Shown piece after piece: positions 21,375-32,944 of a stretch of DNA of 64,000 nt. The DNA is from a virus, in the IMG/VR virus record IMGVR_UViG_3300050343_000147, positions 7,495 to 71,494 of that record. One strand, 5' to 3'. The notes under the pieces are model-generated. The model searched no databases. It worked only from the letters and a program-made list of their open reading frames with translations, and was not told the DNA's origin. The translations under genes were made by a program, and so were the position numbers. How positions within the stretch are numbered: position 1 is the stretch's first letter; each line of letters opens with the position of its first letter.

Positions 21375-23572
21375 TAATTATTATTTTTGATGTGTACCTT
21401 TGTTGTTATATTTTTTAATTACCTAAATTATAACTTTTCTTTGAATTTAGCAACTGGGTCTATATTTATTTTTATTGCAAGCCATTAATAGCTAAACCAG
21501 AACTAATAGAAGCATCATGTTTTGTTCTATTGTTTATATTAAATTTAGCCCAATCTTCTAATGTTCTTTGAAAATACATATCACCATATTGCCTGTTTCT
21601 TTTAAACCTACAAAATCTTCTATATAAGTTTCAATAGCAGCAGCGTGAGCTTGTTTTATATCTTCACTTGAATTAGGTATTCCACCTATTTCTCTTTCTG
21701 TTACAGATAATTTATTGCATTTTTTATCTGGTCTGTTCATAGAATAACCTCTATAACCTCTTCTTTTAAAATGATATAATAATCTAGGTTTGTTATTTTC
21801 TGCTAAGTATTGGCATACCATAAAATACACAAGCCATAAGTACATCTTCAAAAAATATTTCAGCAGTTTGTGGTCTAGCTATATATTCTAAAAAAAAATG
21901 ATTAGGTGGACGTCTTCCATACTAAACTTAGTTAAACCATGTAAAGAACCATTAGAACCTCTACCATCTACAGTACCTGATATATCATAACTATCACAAC
22001 CAAAAGCACCCATATGTTCATTACCAGGATATTTTAATACCATTTTTTATTATAACTCTATTTTGTAAGATTTAATAGGTGGAACCCAAGAAATTAAAAA
22101 TCTACCTTTTTATTTGGTACAAAAATACTTGTATCTTTAACACCATTTTCCCATTGAAAATTACCTTGAGTTATTATTGAGTTTTTAAATCTTCATTGTA
22201 ATCTATTTGTTCATATATTTTAGTTAAGATTAAATAAAGATTGTTTAGTTTCATCTCTAAACGCGTGTTTAGTTGTACTTGGAAACTGTCTATAAAATTC
22301 ATTTAAACCATCTTGATCTTCCTTTAAGACCTTCTACTTCATTTTCCCAGTATTCTATTACACCTATTTTAATTGGGTCTCCGTGAGGTCCTTCAACTTT
22401 TTTTTTGGTGTGTTCGAAGACAGGTAAGCCATAAGAATCAATGTATCCTTCGTAGTTCCATTCCATAGGTATGAACAAAGAATATAGTCCCGAGCGAGTC
22501 TGTCCATTGGCGTTTCTTTTTGTAACGTCTGAGTCATCATATAATTTTTTAAAATTTCTACCACCTTTATCTAAAGCGTTTGATGTTGATCCCATCATAC
22601 ACTTACCTATAATTCTACTACCTAATCGTAAACAAGTTTTTGTAACACTCCAGTTGTTTAATATATTGTCAGGTCTTTCCCACTTACCTGATTCATCGTG
22701 TACTAGTAGTTTTAGTTTTTCACCATCATAAGAGTTGTCTCCTGTATTTTTCCAGTCGATAGTTGTATCTAGACCTGTAATTTCTTCTAGCTTTTCGTTG
22801 CTATCAAGTTTTCTTCTTGTGAATTTGAGCTGGAACTCTGTATGCAAGTTCGGTTTTGGCCTGTCCATACCGTCTTGAATTGGCTTGAAAAAGAACGGGT
22901 AGTTAACGGATATTGGTACAACTTTATCGGTAAACATTTTCTTAGCATCAGGACCAGATTTTGATAATACACCAAATCTGCATCTGTTGATATTGTAGCA
23001 AGGTTAACTGTTTCGCCTGATGCCATAAATGAAAAACCAGATCGTCTGTTTTTAAGATAGCACATTCCGTAACATCTTGTATCTGCTTTGCAAGCTTCCC
23101 AGAATATAAAGAATAATCTGTTTGCTTCCCTAAAGTCTGGCTTGCCCAACATCAATCTTGGACCACTGCAAGTACATATAATGAGTACCAGTAATATAAG
23201 TAGCTTTACCTTTATTATAAACCAAAACCTTCTCTTCTAGCCTTTAAATTCTTCTATCAATATAATCATACCATTTTTCTTTAAAATCATCTGGATATTC
23301 TTTCCAGTCAAATATTGATTTTATTTTTTTTAATTCTTTTAGGATATTCGTGTGTTTGTCCATTTTCAAACTTATGAACATTCGTTTTCTTTTGGTAATG
23401 CTATTTTAAGATTTTGTATTTCATAAACCTCACCTATCTCACCAGTTTTAGATATAACAACAACATCATGTTCTTTGTTATAACCATACTCCCATTTTTT
23501 AGATTTGTTTATTCTTTTATAAGTTTTAGGTTAATATGGATTTAATACTTTATATAAAGTTTGCTCGTACAT
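21375..23572 (-). CDS. terL: Terminase large subunit (multiple apparent indel errors; end approximate)
   Basis: Walker A-like LKNRRSGFSFMAS, Walker B LLVHDESGKW, MMGSTSNA, and nuclease-domain FGCDSYDISG and HDASISSGL segments. Confidence 0.85.
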
Positions 23573-23845
23573 TACTTAGATCTTCCTTCTGCAAAACCTC
23601 CAAAAGCTTTTTTCTTTTTTCTTCTTTAGGTTTTTCATTTAACATATCTTCTTCTTCTTGTATTCTATTAAGTATTTCAAAAGCATCAAATATAGCTAGC
23701 TTTTTTGTAGCAGCAGCGTTTTTAATCTATCAGCTGATATATCATCATCAGAATCTACAATAGCTTCTTTAGCTACTTTAATTAATTCCTCAACTGCTAT
23801 GTGCCCAGCTTGGATTATATTCTTCTTCGTTTCCTTGACGTTCAT
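23572..23845 (-). CDS. Small protein immediately upstream of terL (candidate terminase small subunit; one indel)
   Basis: MNVKETKKNIIQAGHIAVEELIKVAKE...NAAATKKLAIFDAFEIL...FGGFAEGRSK, with a TAATG overlap onto terL. Confidence 0.45.
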
Positions 23846-24390
23846 ACTTAATTACAATATCATTTGATTTCATACAATATAGACGCTTTGCCATCAACAA
23901 TAAACTCATATTCACCGTTAGGTGTATAACCTACAAGGTCTCCCTCGTTGATTCCTAGCGCTTCTAACGAGCTATTACCATATTTTAATATACCAATAAG
24001 ACTTTGCTCTTTATCAACGTTAGTATTGTCATTACTTTTATAGGTTTTATAAAACATCTATTGCCAATAGCTTTCCATTTATCCTTTATTTTTATATAAA
24101 TACATTTGATCTATTTGAACAAAAATATAAACCATCTTTAAAATAAGATCTACTTTTTTTTCTTCACCTTTCATATATAAAAGTTCTAAAAACATTATGA
24201 TGTATAATTATTAAATCACCTTTTTTAATATCAGTTTTAAAGCTAAAGGTGTTTCTATAACTTTAGCTAATTATTTACAAATTTAAAACTTTCTATTTTA
24301 GTGTTTAATTATAAGGCTTTTGTCACCTACTTTTATTTCATTATGTATATCTCCTAAAGGCTCAACGATAAAGTCATATAAACTTTTCAT
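23835..24390 (-). CDS. GroES-like (tandem) co-chaperonin-fold protein (frameshifted; end approximate)
   Basis: MKSLYDFIVEPLG...IKKGDLIIIHHNVFR...GILKYGN...GINEGDLVGY resembles the GroES-like proteins of crAss-like phages. Confidence 0.45.
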
Positions 24391-24659
24391 TAATATTCTA
24401 AATCATACTCAACTGATATTGCCATGTTAGAATTAAACTTTTTCCATGGCAATACCTCGTTGTTTTTTTTGATGTAAATATTATAAGAATTATCTTCTTT
24501 ATCAAAAGTATATGTGATATTGTATGACCACCATATACTTGTTGCCCTAACGAGTAATGCATAGCATCATTTTTATAGTCAGAACCAATACTTATCTTTC
24601 TAATTAAAGTCTTTTTGAAAGCCTTGGATTTTTTCTAATTGGTCTTTTTTAATTTCCAT
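24391..24659 (-). CDS. Hypothetical protein (frameshifted)
   Basis: Reads IRKISIGSDYKNDAMHY...KKFNSNMAISVEYDLEY*. Confidence 0.5.
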
Positions 24660-24675
24660 TTTTAATTTAATTTAA

Positions 24676-25128
24676 TTATTTGCCTATTGATTTAAATTTC
24701 TCTGCACCACGTGAACCGAAATAGGCAACATAAACGGTTATAAGTAGTGATTTTAAAAGGTCTATCCAACCGGTATCTATACCAAATGATATATCAAACC
24801 CGTCTAATAGAATAAAAATTACAAGTGATATTGTTAAGAATATCAATGTCATTGGCCTAGTGTTTTTTGAGAGCCATGAATCCGATTTCATATCGCTTTC
24901 CCAGCGTTTAGATACCTCTTGTAATTCTATAGTGTCTTGCTCTAGTAATTTAAGAGCTGTTTCTTTGTCTTGTGGTGGTAAGTCTGGATCTTTGTCTATA
25001 AGATTTTTAACCATACCTAGCGCGCCTTGATCAGGCAGTATATCTCCTATCACATTTATAATACCTGATTTACCTAGTAGAAATTTTCCTACCTTAGTAT
25101 CTTTAAATTTCTTTTTTGGTTGTGACAT
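24676..25128 (-). CDS. Putative holin (GTA-holin-like, 2 TM helices)
   Basis: Likely start MSQPKKKF at 25128. RWESDMKSDSWLSKNTRP is followed by two hydrophobic helices and YFGSRGAEK. Confidence 0.65.
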   Translation of the reverse strand: MSQPKKKFKDTKVGKFLLGKSGIINVIGDILPDQGALGMVKNLIDKDPDLPPQDKETALKLLEQDTIELQEVSKRWESDMKSDSWLSKNTRPMTLIFLTISLVIFILLDGFDISFGIDTGWIDLLKSLLITVYVAYFGSRGAEKFKSIGK

Positions 25129-25129
25129 A

Positions 25130-25438
25130 TTATCCTGCTTTGTATGCGGGTATTTCCCACGGTAAATTTTTATTAGCTTCGTTAAAACTAGATCTAGGAT
25201 ACTTTTTTCCCTTCCAGTAAACGTTACTTTCATCATAATCTAAATCACCAGAAGCCATTTGTTCTATGTGAACATTCTCATGATTAATAGTATCTTGAAT
25301 TTGTTTTGGATCTTTTAAATCTTTGTTAATTAAAATATTGCCTCTTTTATCAGCTCTACCCATTACGTTTTGTTCCATAGGTACATTAACTATAGGTGTT
25401 GCATGTTTTTTGAAAGGTGATGTAAGTTTAAAAGACAT
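25130..25438 (-). CDS. Small zincin-like metallopeptidase
   Basis: HENVH (HEXXH) motif preceded by GRA...GNILINK and followed by LPWE. Confidence 0.6.
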   Translation of the reverse strand: MSFKLTSPFKKHATPIVNVPMEQNVMGRADKRGNILINKDLKDPKQIQDTINHENVHIEQMASGDLDYDESNVYWKGKKYPRSSFNEANKNLPWEIPAYKAG

Positions 25439-25446
25439 ATTATAAT

Positions 25447-25474
25447 AAAAGCCGTAGGGCGTTAACCCTACGAC
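25447..25474 (-). terminator. Rho-independent terminator
   Basis: Minus strand reads GTCGTAGGG-TTAACG-CCCTACGGC-TTTT, after the 95-aa ORF. Confidence 0.7.
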
Positions 25475-25490
25475 ATATTATTAATTGTTG

Positions 25491-25778
25491 TTACGAGAAC
25501 GCTACTGCTGAAACAGTTATTCCTGATGGAAGCTTAACTTTAGCTTTAATACCACCTGGGTTAGCTGTTAATGCATAGATAACTGCATCTCTCACAGAAG
25601 GAATAGTTCCTGTTGATCCGTGAGTAATAGTTGCTAAGTCTCCTGCAGTACCACCTTTTAAGTAGATAACAGTTTCTGTTGCTGAATTAGCTACAACTCC
25701 TGTTGCTTCTCCACTTACTAGAATGTCTCCACCAGCAAGCCCTGCTCCTGATGAATAAATTGAGATAAATTTTGCCAT
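25491..25778 (-). CDS. Small putative structural protein (95 aa)
   Basis: Gly/Ala/Thr-rich intact ORF followed by a terminator. Confidence 0.5.
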   Translation of the reverse strand: MAKFISIYSSGAGLAGGDILVSGEATGVVANSATETVIYLKGGTAGDLATITHGSTGTIPSVRDAVIYALTANPGGIKAKVKLPSGITVSAVAFS

Positions 25779-25823
25779 AATTTTGATTTTTGTTTGTTGT
25801 TAATGATTGTTGATTGTTGTTGA

Positions 25824-26291
25824 TTATTTTTTACCTTTTTTCTTTATATCGTCAAAATGAATATCTTTTTTTAATCTTGATATTTCACTTCTGTCGTAAG
25901 CCATTTTATGATCCTGAGATTCTTTATGTGGACCTTTTTTATCCCCGTATTTTCCTGGAGCAGCTTCGATTTTATCTTTTAATTCTTGTGGTAATTTATC
26001 TTGATTACCTACTAATTCTTTTTCAGGTCCTTTATGACCGTACTTACTAGCGCCACACTTGTATTTAGGTGTTGACATAAACTTTCCTTTTGAATGACCT
26101 CCAGAAATCATTTTAGCTGATCCCATAGAGTCATTTTCCATTTTAGTTTCTTTACCAGATAAAACGTCATCTTGTGATTGACTTATTTTACCCATACCTT
26201 TTTCTATTTTAACACCGCCTCCATGAGCTTTACCACCCATTTTTGGTCCTAAAGACGAAAGACCATTTACTGTTTTACCACCGTATCCCAT
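25824..26291 (-). CDS. Lys/Gly-rich hypothetical protein
   Basis: Intact low-complexity basic ORF on the coding strand. Confidence 0.5.
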   Translation of the reverse strand: MGYGGKTVNGLSSLGPKMGGKAHGGGVKIEKGMGKISQSQDDVLSGKETKMENDSMGSAKMISGGHSKGKFMSTPKYKCGASKYGHKGPEKELVGNQDKLPQELKDKIEAAPGKYGDKKGPHKESQDHKMAYDRSEISRLKKDIHFDDIKKKGKK

Positions 26292-26327
26292 AATAATAAT
26301 TTTTAAATTGTTTTTTTTTATTTATTT

Positions 26328-26846
26328 TTAACTTAATGCTACTAAATTTGAAATACCACCTTCAGTATCTGTAGCGTATACCTGAACAACACTAACTGGT
26401 AATACAAAACCTTGAGCAGGTTTTACAAACTCTATTACTTCGTTATTTATTGTGTGTACTTTTATTTTAGCTTCTGAATCGTAGCTATAAGTAAGAGTTG
26501 AATTAGCAGCTATACTTTGTGCCGATGCTAAGACGTAGTTACTACTATTAGTAACTGATGCTATTAAAACACCAGCCGCAGGCAAAGTACCACCTGTTAC
26601 TCTCATACCAGCTTTCACCTGTGCGTTTGGTGACGCTAAACCTACGTTAGTAGAGTTTGAGACAATACTGTTATCACCAGTTGTTGTAACTGGTAAAGCG
26701 CTTGGTGAATTACCTATATATATATTATATTCTTTCCATGCTCCTTGTGGAGTTGTTGATTTTGTTCTACCATCTAATAATAATGTATCACTTGGTGTTA
26801 CAGCTATTCCAGACTTGTAAGAGTCAGTGTAATAATTTCTAATCAT
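26328..26846 (-). CDS. Putative structural/decoration protein with an inserted beta module
   Basis: GIAVTPSD...GFVLPVSVVQVYATDT frame with an internal VKAGMRVTGGTLPAAGVLI module. Confidence 0.55.
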   Translation of the reverse strand: MIRNYYTDSYKSGIAVTPSDTLLLDGRTKSTTPQGAWKEYNIYIGNSPSALPVTTTGDNSIVSNSTNVGLASPNAQVKAGMRVTGGTLPAAGVLIASVTNSSNYVLASAQSIAANSTLTYSYDSEAKIKVHTINNEVIEFVKPAQGFVLPVSVVQVYATDTEGGISNLVALS

Positions 26847-26869
26847 AATGTTTTATTTTTTTTTTTTAT

Positions 26870-27137
26870 TTAACATTTCCATCTACGTCTAGCAGCTTTA
26901 CCTCTTTCACCAGTCCAACCTTTTGATCTAGCGCAGAATGATTTTCTTCTTTTAGCAGCTTTACTTCCAGGTTTAACATTACCTGTAACTGCTGTTTTTA
27001 ATTTACTACCAGGGTTTTGTTTTCTATATTCTTTAACACCTTTAGCTTTAGTCATACCTGCACCTTCTTTAGTGCTTCTAAAAGTTCTTCCTTTACCTTT
27101 AGTAGTTTTTCTAATTTAATGGCGAAAGGGAGCCATT
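26870..27137 (-). CDS. Small basic protein (5' end frameshifted; start approximate)
   Basis: GAGMTKAKGVKEYRKQNPGSKLKTAVTG...AKRRKSFCARSKGW, a common phage hypothetical family. Confidence 0.55.
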
Positions 27138-27156
27138 ATTTTTTCTTTTACCTATT

Positions 27157-27657
27157 TTAACACAGTTGAGTACCATAAGCAGCATTCATCATTTTTTTAA
27201 TTTTGTATTTAGTTTTACCATTTTCTTTATATGCTTGTAAACATCTTCTTCTGTTAATATCCTCAGATACGTAACTTACATGTACCCAGTCTGGGTTATC
27301 TTCTGTTCCAAACTCCCAAATAATCTGATCATAATCTAAGTTATTCTTAATATAATCATACATCTCTGCATTTGTTTTATAACCGTAGTTATCGTCTATG
27401 TCAATTGCACAGCCAATACAATGTTGTGAGGTTGTACTTCCGCCAATAGCAGAATTTAATTTGGGTGAGCGATAGAAACTATTAATAGCTATTGGACCAC
27501 CTACCCATTTACGTAGAGGTTCAAACACTTCTTCTGCAATAGTTTTCATGTTTATTAAATCTAATTCTCTAGGTATATTGTCAATATTTAACCTAGTAGC
27601 TGTGTGAGATTTAATACCTTCTTTAAGAGATATGTGTTCACTTATTCTATCACTCAT
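27157..27657 (-). CDS. Peptidase M15A family endolysin (Zn peptidoglycan peptidase)
   Basis: SFYRSPKLNSAIGGSTTSQHCIGCAID (HxxxxAxD) and DWVHVSY motifs. The C-terminal tail may be extended by an indel. Confidence 0.85.
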   Translation of the reverse strand: MSDRISEHISLKEGIKSHTATRLNIDNIPRELDLINMKTIAEEVFEPLRKWVGGPIAINSFYRSPKLNSAIGGSTTSQHCIGCAIDIDDNYGYKTNAEMYDYIKNNLDYDQIIWEFGTEDNPDWVHVSYVSEDINRRRCLQAYKENGKTKYKIKKMMNAAYGTQLC

Positions 27658-27658
27658 T

Positions 27659-27840
27659 TTAGTGAGTTTTTACTTTGCCAACGAGCTTATTGGTCCTGCT
27701 TTGTAAGGCACGTCTGCTTTCATAACTTGAATACAGCTATCGCCACATCTTGAGTTACCTTGCCTAGTGTTCTACCTTCTTTAGGTAAACCTGATACCCA
27801 TATTCGCATTTTGCCCGTATTGTCCTGGTTGTTTTGCCAT
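27659..27840 (-). CDS. Small hypothetical protein (frameshifted)
   Basis: MAKQPGQYGQNA...IQVMKADVPYKAGPISSLAKVKTH*. Confidence 0.4.
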
Positions 27841-28095
27841 AATATTTATGTAAGATTGTTATTGTATTTCTACTTTAGGAGTAAAGTTTTCTTTTTTTCA
27901 ACTGAAGGGTTTTCCATGATTATCTATTTTTATCTTTGGTGGATCTATTTGTTTTTTATTTAACTATAGATTGTCAATTTTTTTACAATAATACCTTGCT
28001 CTTCCACTATTTTTAGAGATTGAGTTTAGTAATCTTGTAGTTTACAATTTTTTTATCCATATAGGTTTTTGCACTTTACCTTTTTTTCCCATGAT

Positions 28096-28536
28096 TATCT
28101 GTTTTTATCTTTGTTAACATTGTTTATAGACGTAATCATAACTTTATCTATATAGGTTTTACCCTTCATTATTTTATGTAGATGTAGGTATATCTTCAGT
28201 CGCCTAGCATAATACGGTACATTCGACTTATTAGTTGTTTACACTTGAAGGAAACTTTATAGATATTATACTTTTGAGTTGTGCGGTTATGTTTTCTCCA
28301 AACCGTTATCCAACCTTCTTTAAGTAATCTGTTCCAGCGTCTGTTGTCCCAACTATAAGAATATGTACCGATTTTAAAATCTTCTCTTGTAAAAAGATCC
28401 ATGCAATCGAAGTATATAAGTAATTCTAAATCTGCATCGTTTAAATCATAATTTTTGCAAGCCCATTTTCTAATAATACTGATAATGTTTTAAAAGATTT
28501 AGATTTCTAATGTCATCTTTTGGCTTCTAGTCTCAT
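28096..28536 (-). CDS. Hypothetical, possibly winged-helix DNA-binding protein (frameshifted; ends approximate)
   Basis: RKWACKNYDLNDADLELLIYFDCMDLFTREDF...RWNRLLKEGWITVW. Confidence 0.45.
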
Positions 28537-28797
28537 AACACAACTACAACGTTGATCCATATTTAACTACTTGTATAATTCTTGTTTATTAATTTCTATT
28601 TGATGTGAATTATTTTTATCAAAATAAATAACATCATTTTCATTAATACCTACAACATTGATCCAGCTGATAATACAGTTCCTTCAGCATATCTTATATC
28701 TTCTCTTTGTTTTTCTGCTAAGTAGTAAACCTCCTTTTGTTTCAGAGACTCCTACAGCTTGTCATATTAACTATTAAATTTTACCTATTGCCTTCAT
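28533..28797 (-). CDS. groES: Co-chaperonin GroES (frameshifted)
   Basis: MKAIGK...ETKGGLLLAEKQREDIRYAEGTVLSAG...GINENDVIYFDK, including the TKGGLLL mobile-loop motif. Adjacent to groEL. Confidence 0.75.
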
Positions 28798-30317
28798 TAA
28801 TTCTAAGATTATTAATTACACAATCGGTTGATAAAATAGTTGTGCTACAGAAGCTGCATTTTTTAATGCACTTTTTGTGACAAGTAAAGGATCAATAATC
28901 CCTGACTCAATCATATTTACCATATTTCCTGTAACCACATCTATTCCTTCTCCTTCTGTTAAAGATGCTTTGTATTGTCTATACCTGCATTGCTTAAAAT
29001 AGTCTTAAAAGGCGCCTTAATAGCTCTATAAAACTTTTTCATAACTATTAGAAGTTTTATATTTGTGCAGCATTTAACAAGCTATACCACCTCCTGGAAC
29101 AATACCTTCTTTAATAGCAGCTTTAGTTGCACATATTGCATCTTCAACTCTATCTTTTTTTCTTGTAATTCAACTTCTGAATTAGCACCTACTTTTACAA
29201 TAGCAACTTTACCAGATAACCTAGCTAATCTTTTTTCATTTTTAACTTAATAGCAGGATTTTGCTGTTTTAATTTATCTTTTAAATCTTTTATTAAATCT
29301 TTAACTTCTTCAGTTACTTCATTAACATGTATAATTGTTTCCATTTCACTTAGATACACTTTTTTTAAACATCACCTAAATGTTCTGGTTGTATTAAATC
29401 AATATCATCTCCTAGATCTTCATTTATAATTGTAGCTCCTGTAATAAAGAAAGATCTTCTAATGTTTCTTTTTTATTAATACCATAAACAGGTGCATCAA
29501 TTAATTAACTTTTATATTACCTTTAATTTATTCATAGCTAAAGCAGACAAACTTGTTGGTCTACATCAGCTATAATAATAAAGATCTATTATTTTTAATA
29601 ACATATTCTAAAACACTTTGTATTTTTCTAATATTTTCAACCTGTGATTCAACTAATAAAACTAAAGGTTTATCTAGTTCAGCTGTTTTAGTTTCTTTGT
29701 TTGTTACAAAATGTATATTTTTTAATCCTCTATCGTACTGTATACCATCAATAACTTCAAATTGTTTCTGGTAATTTCTGTTGTTTCCATCATAACAACA
29801 CCATGTTTCACCAACAGATCTAAATGCATCAGCTATAATTTTACCAAGTTCTGGATCGTTGTTAGTAGATATAGTAGCTACTTGATCAATCATATCTCCT
29901 TTACAGGTATAGCTATTGTTTCTAAATATTCAACACTTTATCAGTTGCTGTTTATACCTTTTTTAAATCTCTTGAGTTTTATTTATCTTAACTTTATAAG
30001 CTTCTTCTAAAATAGCATGAGCTAACACTGTAGCAGTTGTTGTACCATCACCAGCTTCTTTAACTGTTTTTCTAGCTGCTTCTTTTAATAATGTTGCTCC
30101 CATATTTTCTACAGGATCTAATAGTGTTATAGCTTCAGCTACTGTTACACCATCTTTTGTAATAATAGGTTTGCCGGTTAGTATCTTCTAACATAACACA
30201 CTTACCACTAGCCCCAAGAGTGGAGCTAACGGCTTGTGTAAGTTTTGTAATACCAGCAAACACATTGTCTTTAGCATCAGAACCAAAGTTCAGATTCTTT
30301 ACAATTGCATTTGACAT
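28781..30317 (-). CDS. groEL: Chaperonin GroEL (multiple apparent indel errors)
   Basis: [47 protein letters not shown] and [15 protein letters not shown] motifs across frames. Confidence 0.9.
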
Positions 30318-30349
30318 AATTTAATTTAATTTGATTTGATTGATTGATA

Positions 30350-30649
30350 TTATTTAAACGTCTTAACTACTTTAGGTCCTTTTAAGAAATCTACTTTCTT
30401 TGCATAGTGATCAACACTACCATCAATTGCAGTTTCTGCGGCTTCCATAGTTTCACGTCTTGTTACATCGTACCATTTGTCTTTTTCTACAAGGTCACGG
30501 TGTTCGGTTTGAAAATAACCATTAGGTAACTGTACTATTCTCCAATGTTTCTTTTTGGATAAATGTTTCCAGATTTTAATAGTTTCTTCGGTAATCTGCG
30601 GTGTTTGTGGTTGGCCCATACTTGAGCTCAACGAATAAAAATAAGTCAT
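30350..30649 (-). CDS. Hypothetical protein (99 aa)
   Basis: Intact ORF (WRIVQLPNGYFQTE) upstream of groEL. Confidence 0.6.
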   Translation of the reverse strand: MTYFYSLSSSMGQPQTPQITEETIKIWKHLSKKKHWRIVQLPNGYFQTEHRDLVEKDKWYDVTRRETMEAAETAIDGSVDHYAKKVDFLKGPKVVKTFK

Positions 30650-30750
30650 CGTGTTTTGGTTTTAAGGGTTAAACTTTATTTTTGGTTAATATTGCCTCGC
30701 TAGCAATATAGGTTTAGTTATACTATCACTTGTTTTTTACAAAACTTACA

Positions 30751-31109
30751 CTACTCAACTGGTGGTATAGGTGGGTTTTGCCATGTGAAGTATAAATCTT
30801 CATTTACAGGTGTTATTTGTTTAGCTATTTGAGCTTCAATATTAGCTGCCATAGAAGGTACATCTAATGCTCTTCAAGCCAACCAATCACTATGTTTTCA
30901 AAAGCTTCAGTGTCTGCATAAGGTGTAAAAGGTTCTCCAGCTACATAAGTAAAGCTTTGAGCACCTATTTGACTTGCTTGATATTGTTGTCCTCCAGATT
31001 CTTCAGAACCTGAATAAGTCCAATGAACAGTGAAGATTACATTATCTTCACCTTCAGCTTGGATATGAGCGTTCATTTGGTTAATTGTCCATTTGTAAGT
31101 AATTGCCAT
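30751..31109 (-). CDS. Tail-fibre-associated small protein (indel near 30868)
   Basis: MAITYKWTINQM...DNVIFTVHW...FTPYAD...VIGWL, a family commonly found next to S74 fibres. It continues in another frame to TAG at 30751. Confidence 0.55.
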
Positions 31110-31127
31110 TTTTATTGTTTTAATTTA

Positions 31128-32944
31128 TTAATTTAATCCTAGAGTATATATTTTTCCCCAAACCACACTTCCATCAGAAATTTTAAATTTCATTATAACA
31201 GCTTTAACTTGTCTATATGAAGTTGCACTAGGGTTTGATCTTCTTGTTTCTGCTGGATTATTGTTTGGTGCATTATATGTAAATTGACCTCCAGCTCCTG
31301 GATCATTTTCTTGATTTTGAGTTGCAACATATATATAATCATCATTCATTTCAATAAACTGCCAAACTCCTGGACCAACATTTGGAGCATTATTAACAAA
31401 AACAGTATACAACGCTATTGCTTTAAACCATTTAACAGAAGTTAGATTTCCAGCTTCAGTATTGTAACATACTAAAAAAGTAAGAGGATTGTACCAATCA
31501 TTTATATCTGGCTGAATAGGTGAAACAGTTGTAATTCCATTACCTATTGTTGTTCCCCCCGCACGCCGCTACGTTTTCATTGTTACTAGCTATACCTTGA
31601 AAACAAGCATTAAAATTTCTATCAGGACCGCTTGATGTCGTGGCTTGCATATACGTATCATAATAAGTTTCAAAATTTAAATCCGTATCAAACTTAACTA
31701 TGTGACCTACACTAAACTTTTGAGGAGCTATAGGATTGCTCAAAGGTATGGGTGGAAAACATGTTCCAGCTGCGTATATTTTTATCTCACTCATATTATT
31801 TTATTTAACGTGAATCAAATGCTCCAAAACAAGTAATATCATTAAATCCAGTTGTATTAGAGTTTGGCATATTTGATCCAGTGCCAGTTCCAACACCACG
31901 GTTTATTTGCCAAACTTTAAATGTTGGTGTAGTAAGAGCAACTGAGGTTCCTGTACTAGTTGTTTTGTCGTATTTCATTTTTGTAATACCACCATTCCAT
32001 TCTCTGTCATTAGCTAAATTTTCGTTTTTAATTTGATTAACAACATATATATTTATTATATCTTCGTCTAAAACAGAAGTATTATCCCATTGATTTATAA
32101 ACTCGTTAGATAAAGACGCTGCTCTAGGTTGAGAATAATGATAACCTTGTTGGTGCGTACTATCATTAATTTGTCTAGTCCAACCAGTATATTGCCAAAG
32201 TTTAGGATATGTATCGCCATTATATGTAGACGTGTTTATAGAAAAGATGCCATATCTTCTTATATCAACAGCACCGTCGTCGCCAGTTGTTGCAAACTCT
32301 TGATCTAACCAAAAAATCTTAGTTTCATCACCTTGTAAATAAATAGCATCAGCCGCTACGTGGTTAATTGAACCAGGATAATCTATAAAGTGACCGTTGT
32401 CAGACATTCCTCTAAAAGAATTAGTAATTGAACTAGTGTAAAAAGATCTTAAATATTGTTGCCAAACAGGATAGTATCTATTGGTGGATGTGGAATAAGA
32501 TCCACCAACTATTATCATATCTTCATCTGAATTTATTGTTAAAATACCACAAGCATTCCATTGACCATTTGATTGAGAAACGCCTGGAGCTAATGGACCT
32601 AATATTACCGATGTGGATAAGGGATCACTATTATTGGGAACTACGTTGCTTCCGCTAGTTGTATATTTTTTACCATTTAATCCAGGTGCATAAGTAGTGT
32701 TTATTATCCACCAAGGGCTTGTTGCAGCAACAAATGTTCTACCATAAAAATCAGAATACTTATAAGAAGGCGTAACATTCATTGGTGGAAATACTGGCGT
32801 TGAATTAGCATACAAACCTACAAACGAAACAGCTGTAGGTGTGGTTCCAACTGTTCCAGCTAAAGGTCCAGTTGTAGATCCAACTCTTGATGCTTCAAGG
32901 TTTATTGCTGTAGCGGATATTGGTCCACTTGTTGGTAATGCCAT
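31128..32944 (-). CDS. Tail-tip/receptor-binding-associated protein (379-aa ORF plus downstream fragments; possibly one gene)
   Basis: MALPTSGPISATAIN...YSDFYG is a typical N-terminus of fibre-associated proteins. The beta-rich continuation is broken at ~31800 and ~31540. Confidence 0.5.

Noticed and set aside
16213-30345. (ATATT)n and (AAATT)n microrepeats before start codons (~16213, ~18936, ~24660, ~30318)
   Set aside because: They are consistent with ordinary AT-rich translation-initiation regions of SD-less hosts and are too low in complexity to support a specific claim.
13600-31800. Dense frameshifts in terminase, portal, scaffold, groEL/groES and ring genes, read as pseudogenisation or programmed frameshifting
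   Set aside because: Essential genes are hit by many 1-nt indels, often in homopolymers, within one contiguous block while flanking 3-6 kb ORFs are intact. This pattern fits low-coverage long-read consensus error.
13600-31800. Stop-codon reassignment as in some crAss-like phages
   Set aside because: The breaks examined change frame rather than being in-frame TAG/TGA. Very long ORFs are open in the standard code, and the only full tRNA has a TTG (non-suppressor) anticodon.
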